Source: Octopus bimaculoides
Taxonomy: Eukaryota
Direction of reading: 5' to 3'
DNA: 64,000 nucleotides
Assembly (NCBI RefSeq): GCF_001194135.2
Contig: NC_068983.1
Location: forward strand, 151,337,125-151,401,124
The translations under genes were made by a program, and so were the position numbers. Below, one piece after another: positions 25,186 to 37,926 of this stretch (its first letter is position 1; each line of letters opens with the position of its first letter). Below the pieces are notes generated by a model, which was not told the DNA's origin, did no database searches, and saw nothing but the letters and a program-made list of their open reading frames with translations.

Positions 25186-27554
25186 AACAGCTATCACCAA
25201 TATTCCCATAACCCGCTACTATCATAGCTTAGTAGCAAAACAAAGAAAAGGAAAAAAAGAACCGAGTACCTCGGTTAACCTCCAACCTCAACACCCGAGA
25301 AGTAAAGCAAAGTAAATAATTTAGAAAAGAAAAAAAAAATCCACAAATAATTTGGAGGGCATGTAATAAAACAAGTGGGTATTAACCGTTTATAAAAACT
25401 AAAAATAATAAGGTTGTATGTATGTATGTGTTCGTGTGCGTGCGTGCGTGTGTGTGTGTGTATACATCTAATAAAATAAATAGAGGTGGTCATCCTTCAG
25501 GTGTATGGGAAACTAATGAAAGGCAGCTATTGTTTTCAGTAGACAGGTCAATGGAGTTTAATGTTTGTTATTTAGTGTCCCTGCGGGCAAATATTGACTT
25601 AAGCATATGTTTGTTTGTACAATGGATGGACATAACTTAGCCTTCTCGGTAAGCTAAGACCCGAAGACCAGAGACCAAACGGATGGCTTACATATGTGTA
25701 TGCGTGTGTGATCGTCTGTTAAATTGAGATTATTTTTTTTTAAAGATAGTTTAAGGATAACAACGGAACATTTGTTTATGGAAGGACTCGATGTTACGAG
25801 CAGAATAAAATATGTTCAAAAGTTCAAGTTGCCAGGAATTTTACAAGAAATTTGATTCTACTTTCAATATTGATTTTTTCCATCAGCAATGTTCCGACGA
25901 TATTCTTATATTAGCTTCAATGTATATATATGTAAAGAAGTAATGCATAAGTACATATACACAAGCATGTGTGTATGTATGTCACTGCTCAGTTTTATTT
26001 CAAGATTTCTTGCCAATAGAGAAAGAACCGGTTTCTAACCCATATCTAAGGCTTCTTCATTGGAATTTCAGCATCAACAACAGGATATTTTTGTATGTAT
26101 GTATGTATGTATGTATGTATATGCGCAGGTTTGTATGTTTTGCTTTATGTATGTATGGCATGCTCATATATATTGAAGTGATAAACTTTTAGACAGTTTT
26201 ACAAATTTTTAAAGTTCAAGCGATGGACTGGCTCTATAGTCTTCGACTATACATATGCTTAATTCGAATACTTTTCTTCGTGTTTAAAGGATAAACACCT
26301 AATTGTTATAGCATGTGATCGACCACTTGGAATAAAAGAATGTGAGTATACTACGGGATTTCATTGTAATAGTTTCATTTCTGTCCTTTCAATCGAATCT
26401 TTCTGTTGAAACTAATTTAGTATGCTCATTCTAATAACGTTTCTTATTTTTTAAAGAGAGATGGAGAGACCGTCATGAAGCATTGGATTTATGGATTTAT
26501 GGATTTTAATTGTAGTTAATGCTACACTTATCAGTCTAAATAAGGCTTTAGTTTGTTAAATTTCTACTGACAACTACAAGTAGTAGAAATTAATCGCAGA
26601 ATCTCATAGAAATTCAACAACCAGTTCTCTTGTTATGATATAGCAATATCTGCATAAGATTATTACAATTCTCATATCTGGGGAAATGTTATTGCTAAAC
26701 ATATTACAGTGTGTTTAAAAGAAAGCCGTCTGCCTAATCTGTGAAGAGCCATTTACCAACATTCTGCAGTCTCTGAAAAATTCACAGGCGTGTTGTCTTA
26801 TTATTCAGCTTATTACATCACAGCTATAATGACCTCTGTGTCTCTGAACTAACTCTTTGCAATAACATCGTCACCCGTTCTCTTCTTTTATGTTCGTTTC
26901 CTTACTTCTCATTGTTTCTTCTGCATTTCACCTCAGACTCCCGGTAGTATTAAATATATTTCTTCCTTTTCTTTCCTAAAGAACAACATTCCAAAACTCT
27001 TTCAGCACTTACATTTATGCTATAGACGTAAACCTATAGAGATTCAGGCTGACCCTCATTAATTTCGAATGCCGTGGCCGTTTCCTTATCTTAACTAAAA
27101 CATAAAAACATCCGAGTGCATAACGAAGACACAGATTCCGGCTGCCCTCAAACATAATTCGTTTTTTCTTTCATTTTATCCGCGAATAATACATTGATTC
27201 ATTCCATAGGCATGCGACTAGCTAATGGGAAGCCTCTAGAGAGTCGCTCAACCTACTAAAGATAGCGCAAAAATCCTTCTTCGGCTCACAGCAATGACGA
27301 TGACTTAGTCAGAAAGCAACTCACAACCGGAACAGGAATTGTTGTTACCAATGATGTCTAACTCCAGCATTAAACCTATTTCAGATAAAATCTATACAAA
27401 ACTTCCTTGATGTGTTTTCCCTTTCATATTAAAGAAGTTAAGGAGTTAGCTGAAGGAGAATTAAATTTTAGCAGTCTGAGGAATTGTATAGAGGCTCACT
27501 TGTTTGTTTTGCTTCTGCCATTGTCTTCCTCGTTGCTGTTGATTGAACCTTATC

Positions 27555-27705
27555 TTCCCTGAACAAGCAAATATATTCCAATCGTGACCATCCTATATGT
27601 GCCAGAATCTCTATACCACACTATCCAACGTGTCTTTTTTTTATAACACAATAGAACTTGATTTGAGAAAGATTTTACTTTTATTTGTAGTTGGTCAACA
27701 TATCG
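27555..27705 (-). mobile_element. Old family D remnant
   Basis: CCAATCGTGACCATCC, TATCCAACGTGTC and GATTTGAGAAAGATTT are reverse complements of D blocks. Confidence 0.5.
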
Positions 27706-28504
27706 CTCAAAGCTCCACTTCCTTCAAGCTAATGTGGTGATGCTTTCTACCACGGAGTCAGTCATCATCCCCAACCAACGAACAAAAGTTGATCATGCTC
27801 AGTAATTGAATCATCGACCACCTTCGTACATTCAGTTCTTGATACACAATGTGAAGCTTATTTCGTTTTTATCGTTATTGTATCCACCACTGACCACATC
27901 ATTCCCTTTCACATACCATCCGGAAGTGGGGTACAGTACTACCAGAAAGAAAGACAGAGGAAGTGACGTGGCAATTGAATGATACAACAATACTATTAGC
28001 AACAATATTCCCCCTTCTTTTTTTTTTTTTTAAAAGAAAAAAGGAAGAGAAGATTTAAATGGAATGAAATAAAGTTAAGAAAATATTAGAAAATAAAAAG
28101 CAGAGTTTGAACTTAAAAATCATTTTCCTGGAATGAATCAACAGAATTATGCTGGTAGTATATATACATGACATACCTAAAATCCTATGGGAAATCTTTC
28201 CCTTCTCATGATGAGTTTGCAAATCTCACAAAATATTCGTGACTTCCTCTCTTTCAATAAAGACAATAAAGAGGCAAAATGCAAACACCCACCCGCATAC
28301 CTACACATAGACACACATACACATAGACACACATACACATACCAATAAATATATAGATACTACGCACATACTAATACACGCATACAACAAGATTACCTTT
28401 AAACATTTATACATCAACAAATACATTTATTCAAATCCACACAGAATATTGAATGTACATATATACACATAAACGCACGTAAAACACACACTGAAAGAAT
28501 GACA

Positions 28505-28505
<1 letters not shown>

Positions 28506-28579
<74 letters not shown>
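28506..28579. repeat. (TA)n microsatellite
   Basis: Directly visible. Confidence 0.97.
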
Positions 28580-28583
<4 letters not shown>

Positions 28584-29033
28584 TAGATTCACATGTCTGC
28601 AAACACACAGAGATGTGTGTACGTTCCGGCAAATTACAAAAACGCATGAATACAAATATTGACACCAACATACAAATAATAATACAAACATCTACGCTCG
28701 GAGAAATATAAAAAAAAAGCAAAGAAACCAACAGAAACAACCACATACATATACGCACATATCCATACTTATAAATCTTTCTCTAAAATAAGAGTATTCC
28801 TATGGTATGTATGTGTAAGTATGTGAGTATGTATATGAGTGTAACCAGAGAACAGGAGGAAGTTATACTCAAACAGTCGGCCTGTAAGCAATAATGTGAC
28901 ACTGCTAAAGTCACCTAAGGACCAAATGGTGTTCAGTGCTAAGCCGAATGACGGACTCAGTAACCAACAAGCAAATTAATTGGAATGAATTTCAGTATAA
29001 GATGTAGTTTGTCTAAAATCTACTCACGCACAT

Positions 29034-29418
29034 GTGGAGGCGCAATGGCCCAGTGGTTAGGGCAGCGGAATTGCGGTCATAGGATCGCGGTTTCGATTCC
29101 CAGACCAGTAGTTGTGAGTGTTTATTGAGCGAAAACACCTAAAAGCTCCACGAGGCTCCGGCAGAGGATGGTGGCGAACCCTGCTGTACTCTTTCACCAC
29201 AACTTTCTCTCACTCTTACTTCCTGTTTCTGTTGTGCCTGTAATTCAAATGGTCAGCCTTGGCACACTCTGTGTCACGCAGAATATCCCCGAGAAGTACG
29301 TTAAGGGTACACGTGTCTGTGGAGTGCTCAGCCACTTGCACGTTAATTTCACGAGCAGGCTGTTCCGTTGATCGGATCAACTGGAACCCTCGACGTCATA
29401 AGCGACGGAGAGCCAACA
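29034..29418 (+). mobile_element. tRNA-derived SINE, family C, full length
   Basis: A box TGGCCCAGTGG, B box GGTTTCGATTCC, tail GACGGAGAGCCAACA. 12-bp TSD ACTCACGCACAT at 29022-29033 and 29419-29430. Near-identical to 12018-12409. Confidence 0.92.
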
Positions 29419-29504
29419 ACTCACGCACATACCTTATGAACTAACATGACTTGAATTGAACAAAATTGTTTGTCTTTATCTCTTCATTAAAAATGTCTCT
29501 TATT

Positions 29505-29682
29505 TTCTATTTCTTATATGTTTCAGTCATTTGACTGCGGGCCGCTGGAGCACCGCCTTGAAGAATATTTAGTAGAGTTAATCGACCCCAGTATTTACTT
29601 TTTTACGGCCTGGCACTTATTCTATCGGTCTCTTTTACCGAACCGCTAGGTAACGGGGACGTAAACACACCCCCACACCAAC
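29505..29682 (-). mobile_element. SINE family A 3' half
   Basis: TTTCAGTCATTTGACTGCGG..CTGGAGCACCGCC...CTTATTCTATCGGTCTC...GGGGACGTAAACAC. Confidence 0.85.
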
Positions 29683-31008
29683 ACATAAAAATGTGGATGA
29701 ACTTCTTTTCATTGAATCCATTTAACCTTCATTTCACTATTAAATAATAAAAATCATTCTTCACGAGACGAATCTTTAGTTTGCAATGGAAAGTACCAAT
29801 AAACGAGCAACTTTCTCTCTCTCTCTCTCTCTCTCTCACTCACTCGACGCGCTCTCTCTCTCACACACATACTCTCTCTGTCCTTCTGTCTGTCTTTCTG
29901 TTTGCCTCTGTCTTTCTCTCTCTCTCTCACTCTCTATGCATGTACACACACACAGACAGACACACACACACACACACACTTCTCAAGCATCCGCATGTGC
30001 ATTTGCGTGAGTATATCTTTTTACACACAGTCACACATTAAGTTATCAAACTTCACTGGATGATGAAATATACGACAGAGTGAAATGTATTATTTATATG
30101 CAACACCTTACTGCTCTCTGATCCACCTACATATACATATAGGGATACAAACTTTGGTTAGATACTCTTCACACACACACACGCACCCCCCCCATTCATA
30201 AACACACATAAGTTTATGCATATATGCATGCATGCACTTACCCACCAACTTGTATATAAGTACATATATATTTATATATATATAATTATATATTCATATA
30301 TGTATATATATATATATGCATGTATGAATATATAACTATATATATATATAACTATATATATATATATATATATATNNNNNNNNNNNNNNNNNNNNNNNNN
30401 NNNNNNNNNNNNNNNNNNNNNNNNNNNNNNNNNNNNNNNNNNNNNNNNNNNNNNNNNNNNNNNNNNNNNNNNNNNNNNNNNNNNNNNNNNNNNNNNNNNN
30501 NNNNNNNNNATATATGTATTTAAAGATACACGTGCTGACGCACAGACATATGCATACACACAGAAGTACTCACACGCATATTTAAAATACCCACCCACCC
30601 TTGTATACAGGCATACATATATACATACTTATATAAAAACAACATAGACATGCATACATACATACATATATATATAGAGAGAGACATACATACAATCCAT
30701 CGAAACATATGTAGACATATATCAACATATACCTCGGCAATGGCTGTCAGCGTTTAGTTTCCCTAATGACCCCTTTAAATGGATCGAGCTGACGCATTAT
30801 TTGACAGGAACGAACCGAAATGGGAAGGTAGGTATTAAGGTATATGGCACAAAAAAATAAAGGGGGCTCTTCGTAAGAATCACCTTTGACATCTTGACAT
30901 TTGACATACGAGTGACAAGACAAACTGAAGAGCTGATTGGTGGCATCTGCTTTCTTCCTTGCATGACAGCCGTACATTTATTTACTATTATTTAACATAG
31001 TTGTATGC

Positions 31009-31039
<31 letters not shown>

Positions 31040-31040
31040 C

Positions 31041-31071
<31 letters not shown>

Positions 31072-32288
31072 CACATAGACATACACACGCATACATATAA
31101 ACACTTGAATGCAAAAGCATATGTATGTGTATGTAGATATATTCATGTATCCGCACGTGCATCTGTATGTGCCTACGTGCGCACATACATAGATACCTGA
31201 ATACCTGAGTACATACAAAAATAAAGCAAAATGCAAGTACTTTGGCAAGCGAGAAATAGCTGCCAGAGCACCCACAAATCACGTTTCAGGGTTGGGAAAA
31301 TATACGTAGATGTTAACGTTATCCTAGAACCCATACTATGTTGAAAAATAACGTTTGGTTTGTCAGGACTGGCTTTGATCATAGTTCTTCTACTCTATCG
31401 AAGATGGCCTGGGATTTTGGTTCCTGGCTACATCGACCTTTGTTATGACTAGGTAGTTAGCCGACCATCAGCATGCCGCAGAATTTTTTAGTTTCATAAA
31501 TATTATCGTTTTAGGGATCCAGGATAAGACTGAGTTGATGTACTGGCAATCTTTATATCGTTGTTATTTTTAGTTTTAAACGATGTTTCAGTTTATTAAC
31601 AAACCGGAGGTGAAGTGGTTGTGTATCAATTTGACCTAATAACACCACTAAATATCTGCAATAGAATGGCTTGTCGCAAACATGCACATGCAACAATAAT
31701 TCTTTTAATTAATATAGTATATATAAACACATATATATACATGCACACACACAGACACACACTCACACACACCACACACACGTATAAATATGGAGAGAGA
31801 GAGACAGACAGAGAAAGAAAGGAAGTGAGAAAGGAAAAAGAAAGAAAGAACGAAAAAGAAAGAAGGAAATAAATAAATATATAAATAAAGAAAGGTTGAA
31901 AGAGTGAATGAACGAATGAATGAAAGAAAGAAAGAAAGAAAGAAATGCTGGTCATGAATCTTCAGTGCTGAGAGAGTTCATTAGAAAACGATTGGATGTC
32001 TGGCACCGCACATGCAGAAGATATATATATAGATATATCTGTTCTTTTATGCATTTCAGCCTAAAGGCTGTGTCCATACTAGGGTACATGTGTGTGTCTC
32101 TATGCATGTACATCTATATATGTACATCTATGTATGTACACACACACACACACGCGCGCGCATACATATGTACGTCCATTGTTGAATATTTTATGTTAAT
32201 AAGTTATATTTAAAAGTAACCATAACAGATGAATTTAAGCTCCATTTCTTTACCACTCTTGCCAGTTCTACCCTATCTCTCCCTTTCT

Positions 32289-32330
<42 letters not shown>

Positions 32331-32340
32331 NNNNNNNNNN

Positions 32341-32378
<38 letters not shown>

Positions 32379-32604
32379 TCTCTCTTTGTTTCTTATTTAT
32401 TGTCTTAGAGTTTCAGAGAAAATGCTCTGCGGAATTGGTTGCAGTTCTTTACAATCTGAGTTCAAAGCCCTCCAAGATCATCCTTACCTTTCACCCATAC
32501 GGGATAGATAAAAGATCAAATACCAGTTAAATACGGTCCCATTATGCAACTAATCCTTTTCCTTATAAATCTATTGATGTACTTTAATCAGAATCCATTT
32601 ATAT

Positions 32605-32977
32605 TCTCTTTTACTCCTTTACTTGTTTCAGTCATTAGACTGCGGCCACAAAAACATTTTAGCCGAATGACTCCAGTGTTGTTTTATGTTTTATCGACTC
32701 CAGTGTTGTCTTATTTTTTTAAAATGTTTCTAAGTTACGGGGGGGCGGGCGTAAACACACCAACACCAGTTGTGAAGCTGTGTGTGTGTGTGTATGTGTG
32801 TATGGAGGGAGAAACAGACAGACAGAAACGCACACACATATATATACGACGGGCTTCTTTCAGTCTCCGTCTACCAAATCCACTCAGAAGGTTTTGTTCG
32901 GCCCGAGGATATAGAAGAGGTCACTTACCCAAGGTGCCATGCAATGGGACTGAACCCGGAAGCATGTGGTTGGGAAA
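32605..32977 (-). mobile_element. SINE family A, diverged full length
   Basis: TTGTTTCAGTCATTAGACTGCGG ... CGACGGGCTTCTTTCAGT..CCGTCTACCAAATCCACTC ... CCCAAGGTGCCATGCAATGGGACTGAACCCGG. Confidence 0.85.
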
Positions 32978-33654
32978 TTTGTATATAATATGAAATATAT
33001 AATATTTTTTCGCCTGTTTTGGGGGGACAGTTCAACATAATATTTAATGAAGTATATAAAATATTTAAAGCATTTCACATTATCGTTTTACTATTATAAA
33101 CAATAAAATTTCCATTTTATTGGATGATAATATTCTAAATACCAAAACGAAATTTCCCTCATGTCCCGGAGAGAAAATACTTAGCATTGTGTGAAAAATA
33201 AGTTTTGGAACAGAAGATAACCATCGGTAAATGAAAATGGTGGTGTAAAAAACAAAACAAAAATACAAAGGTGTCTTAATGATTCATAAATGACGCACTC
33301 ATGAGCACATATATATATATATGCATATATTCTTTTTGAACCTATGTATATTTGTATGTATGTGTGTATATATACATATATATATATATATTTATTTATA
33401 TATGTCTATAGACATATATGTACCTACTTAAGTATATATTTACTTATATATGTGTATGTACATATGCCACTGTATTTATATATCTCTACTCACACAAACA
33501 CACACTCTTCTTCTGTTCCCCTTCTTTTCTGGTTTGCATTTTGTCTTAGCTTCTTTCTTTCTTTCTTCCTTACCTATCCCCATCCCTTTCGCAGTACACA
33601 AAATAATACGTACATGTACACACACACACACAATCACACACATAGCCCCTGTCA

Positions 33655-33688
<34 letters not shown>

Positions 33689-34479
33689 TACAGAAAGCCA
33701 CAATCCGTCTCCTTCCAATCCACAACACGCTGATCTTTTAAATTGCACTTCAAGCAGATTGCTGTCAGACTATTAGAATCTCTTTAGAATTTACTTTTAC
33801 TTTACTTGATCGTGGTTTCACACGCACACAAACACACTTAGACATACAATGACACACACATAAAAAAAAAAGTACACACAAAACACACGCACTTACGTAT
33901 GTTAATATTGCCCCCTCACAAACACATACATGTATCTATCATCTCTATACATATATGCGTCTAGAGAATTATATATAAAATACATACCAGGCACTCTTCA
34001 TCCACTTTCTCTCCTATAACACTACTTCCTCTCCTATAACACCACTTCCTCTTCCTTCTTCTGCTCTGTATTACCTCTCCCTTATCCCTTTAGCTACACC
34101 TGCAGTTGCCCTGCCTGTATTTGTCTTAACATTATTTATGTTTCCATTGAATAATGCCTTCTGCTAACAGCTTTCTTTTTATGGCATCTCTGCATACAAT
34201 ACACACACACACACACAAACAAACCACACACACATGCATGCATACATTTGTATGTGTGCGTGGATTCGGTGTTCACAGCTGATGAAGTAAGCACGCATGC
34301 GTCCTACGGTCTAATGACGTCATTCGTAGCCAAGTGATGTATTTTCCCAAATATTGATAAAAAAAAAAAAGAATAATACATTTTCCACATGTTAGGTATT
34401 TCCAGGTCCGAGTGTACACGAACGTGTTGTATATACACGTCTATACTTCAGTCAACGCTGAAGTATATGAACACATATA

Positions 34480-34593
34480 GGAGCAGGCGTGGCTGTGTGG
34501 TAAGAAGCTTGCTTCCCAACCACATGGTTCCGGGTTCAGTCTCACTGCGTGCACCTTAGGCAAGTGTCTTCTACTATAGCTTCGGGCCGACCA
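34480..34593 (+). mobile_element. SINE family A 5' head fragment
   Basis: GGCGTGGCTGTGTGGTAAGAAGCTTGCTTCCCAACCACATGGTTCCGGGTTCAGTC. Confidence 0.85.
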
Positions 34594-35084
34594 TACATAC
34601 GCACGTACATACATACGTACATGCATACATACATGCATACATATACATACACATGCATATATATATAATGGGGTATATATACATATGCATGTGTATCGTA
34701 GTGTGGGAGGGCGTGGATGTGTGTGTGAGAGAATGTATGGGTGTTATGATAAAACTGATAGCTTTCAATTCTAGCGCCTCCAAATCCTTCTTACTATGAC
34801 CTTTACCGTCACAACCACAATCACCGTCATCTTCATCAAAGCCACTCTCACTGCCACCATTATTACCATCGTCATCACTATCATCAATATCAGCAGCAAA
34901 ACTAACATCATAATTAACATAACAGTCTTCAACTACCAGCATAATCTGCAGCATAAAAACAAACAACAATGAAGCAACGAAGACGACCTCTAAGTGATCG
35001 TTGGACTTAAAAAATGTAGCAGAAAAATTTTCCTCATTGTACTCGCTTGTCTGTTTTTAAAGAACATTTTAAATAATATGGCTG

Positions 35085-35618
35085 TAGGTTCCTTGCATAT
35101 GATCGATCTCGATTACTGGGACCGCCTTGAAGCTCTGAAACTACTCTCTCCAGCGAACCTGCGAGCGGTACATCATTTCTACGATGTGGAGAATATACCG
35201 CCAGCATTGCCCAAACGACCTAAACATTAGTTTCAAGGTTCATCCAAAGCTGGGGCCACGGGCCATACGTCCCCTGCCCAATTCAGGATCACAACATATA
35301 GGTAGACTGCGACACAATTTCTTTTCCTCATCAGGCCCTGCCCTGTTTAACATTGCCCCAAAACTGATCAAAGAGGAAAAGGGCCCCGTCACCTTTAAAC
35401 AGAATCTGGACAAATTTCTTCAAGGAATACCAGGTAAACCACCTATACTTGGATACAACTCACTCAACAAGAACTCCCTACTTGAATGGATTATGATACC
35501 ACAAAACTTGACTCAAAAAGGATTTAGATAATCCTATCACGTGGTGCTATAAAGTTAGACATGGCCTGGACCAATCTTTGGTCGAAACATATCTAAGTTT
35601 ATCAAAGTTTAAGTTTAT
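35085..35618 (+). mobile_element. CR1/L2-group LINE 3' end (post-RT C-terminus and 3' UTR)
   Basis: LDYWDRLEALKL / SLQRTCERYII / MWRIYRQHCPNDL..HPKLGPRA..LRHNFFSSSGPALFN..FKQNLDKFLQGIPGKPP..GYNSLNKNSLLEW. 3' stem-loop GACCAA-TCT-TTGGTC (35569-35583) and a short (AAGTTT)-type tail. Confidence 0.8.
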
Positions 35619-35624
35619 GAAAAA

Positions 35625-35860
35625 AGTGGGACGCTCATGCTTGGAATGACTTTGATTATAGTTCTGTTTGATCACGGTTGAACAGTAATAACATAATAAT
35701 AGTTTTTACCGTTAAACGATGGGATGGTCACGGCTGGCTTGCAGATTGTGGTGGTGTTAGAAATGGCGGTCATTACTTTTATCACGAAGCACACACACAC
35801 GTGTGAATATCAATGATTGATGTGTTCGATCGGAGCTGACCCGGGGCTAAACAGCAGCAG
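35625..35860 (+). mobile_element. Fragmented family D 3' pieces
   Basis: TGGAATGACTTTGATTATAG, GGGATGGTCACGGCTGG, TTCGATCGGAGCTGACCCGGGGCTAAACAGC. Confidence 0.55.
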
Positions 35861-35864
35861 CAGC

Positions 35865-36224
35865 ACCACCACCATTAGCACCAGCACCACCAGCACCAGC
35901 ACCACCACCACCACTACTACCAACAAACAACAACAACATATCCATAATCACATTATCACAAGCCATTAACACCAACGCAATGAATAACGTCAAAACCACC
36001 GCCACCACCACCACCATCACCATCACCATCACCACCACCACCATCACCATCACCACCATCACCATCACCATCACCACCACCACCACCACCATCACCACCA
36101 TCACCATCACCATCACCACCACCACCATCACCATCACCATCACCATCACCACCACCATCACCACCACCATCACCACCATTACCATCACCATCACCACCAC
36201 CATCAACACCAGTAACACAGCTAT
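35865..36224. repeat. Degenerate (CAG)/(CAC)/(CAT) triplet array
   Basis: Directly visible; runs into an N gap. Confidence 0.9.
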
Positions 36225-37165
36225 NNNNNNNNNNNNNNNNNNNNNNNNNNNNNNNNNNNNNNNNNNNNNNNNNNNNNNNNNNNNNNNNNNNNNNNNNNNN
36301 NNNNNNNNNNNNNNNNNNNNNNNNNNNNNNNNNNNNNNNNNNNNNNNNNNNNNNNNNNNNNNNNNNNNNNNNNNNNNNNNNNNNNNNNNNNNNNNNNNNN
36401 NNNNNNNNNNNNNNNNNNNNNNNNNNNNNNNNNNNNNNNNNNNNNNNNNNNNNNNNNNNNNNNNNNNNNNNNNNNNNNNNNNNNNNNNNNNNNNNNNNNN
36501 NNNNNNNNNNNNNNNNNNNNNNNNNNNNNNNNNNNNNNNNNNNNNNNNNNNNNNNNNNNNNNNNNNNNNNNNNNNNNNNNNNNNNNNNNNNNNNNNNNNN
36601 NNNNNNNNNNNNNNNNNNNNNNNNNNNNNNNNNNNNNNNNNNNNNNNNNNNNNNNNNNNNNNNNNNNNNNNNNNNNNNNNNNNNNNNNNNNNNNNNNNNN
36701 NNNNNNNNNNNNNNNNNNNNNNNNNNNNNNNNNNNNNNNNNNNNNNNNNNNNNNNNNNNNNNNNNNNNNNNNNNNNNNNNNNNNNNNNNNNNNNNGGTAA
36801 TAACTCCCAAATCATCAATTCCCTCATTCGTTTATCAGTCTAAGTCAGTCAGTCAGTCAGTCAGACATTTTCTTCTTTACATCCCTAATAGTTTATCTCT
36901 TCTTCTCTTCCTTCACCACCTTTTCCTCTAGCCTTCCAGCCAGCCAGCCAGCCAGCCAGTCAGCCAGCTAACCAACCTACCAGCCAGCCAGCCAGCCAAC
37001 GAGTCAGTCACTCAGGCAGTCATCAGCCATGCTGCTGTCCGCCGGGGCCCAGTACAAGGAATAAGTTCACACCTTCTTACTGTTTGTGCAGCTGTGTCCC
37101 TCCTCATGACAAACTAGCCGGTCTGTTCCGTTCTCATTTGCTTTGTCTCCCTCTATCTCTCTCTG

Positions 37166-37200
<35 letters not shown>

Positions 37201-37393
37201 TTCCCTCCCCTCTCTCTCTCTTTCCCTCCCCCTCTCTCTGTCTTTCCCCCTCTCTCTCTCTCTTACCCTTCCCCCTCTCTTTCTTTCCTTCACACACACT
37301 CAAACACTTCCTAAGCTGCATTCTACTTTCACTTTCTGCCGCGATGCCACCACTTCTGCCTTGTTATTGTCATTATTATTAAAACCACCATCT

Positions 37394-37805
37394 AAGGCGG
37401 CGAGATGGCAGAATCGTTAGCACGCTGGTCGAAATGCTTAGTGTTATTTCGCCCGTCGCTACGTTCTGGGTTCAACTTCTGCCAAGATCGGCTTTGCCTC
37501 TCATCCTTTCGGGATCGATAAATTAAGTATCAGTGAAACACTGGGGTCGATGTAACCGACTCATCCTCTCCTCTTCAGGCCTTGTGCCTATAATAGAAAG
37601 GATTATTAAAACCACTAAGGCGGTGAGCTGGCAGAATCATTACCGCGCCGGACAAAATGTTTAGCGGCATTTCGTTCGTCTTCACGCTCTGAATTCAAAT
37701 TCAACCGAGGTCAACTTTGCCTTTCATCCTTTCGGGATGAATACTAGAGCTGATTTACCCACTACCCACAAATTGCTGGCCTTGCGCTAAAGTTTGAAAT
37801 TATTG
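37394..37805 (+). mobile_element. Two head-to-tail SINE B copies (37394-37601, 37617-37805)
   Basis: Each starts AAGGCGG(C/T)GAG..GGCAGAATC; flanked and separated by ATTAAAACCAC repeats. Confidence 0.88.
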
Positions 37806-37926
37806 TAATTAAAACCACTGCAATCAGTTTTAAAACAATAAAGACGACAACGACCACGACGACCACCACCACTACCACCATCACCAGAACAACAAATTCA
37901 CTATCAATATTATATCCAGAGCAAAT

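Noticed and set aside
26559-26591. AATTTCTACT..AGTAGAAATT, resembling the start of a Cas12a direct repeat
   Set aside because: A single 10-bp inverted repeat in AT-rich eukaryotic DNA, with no array, spacers or cas genes.
29034-29110. tRNA-like sequence
   Set aside because: It has A and B boxes but no closed acceptor stem and continues into a SINE body with TSDs; it is a SINE head, not a tRNA gene.
29168-29371. Duplicated 67-aa ORF MVANPAVLFHH.. (also 12071-12274)
   Set aside because: It lies inside the two family C SINE copies; the similarity reflects the repeat, not a gene family.
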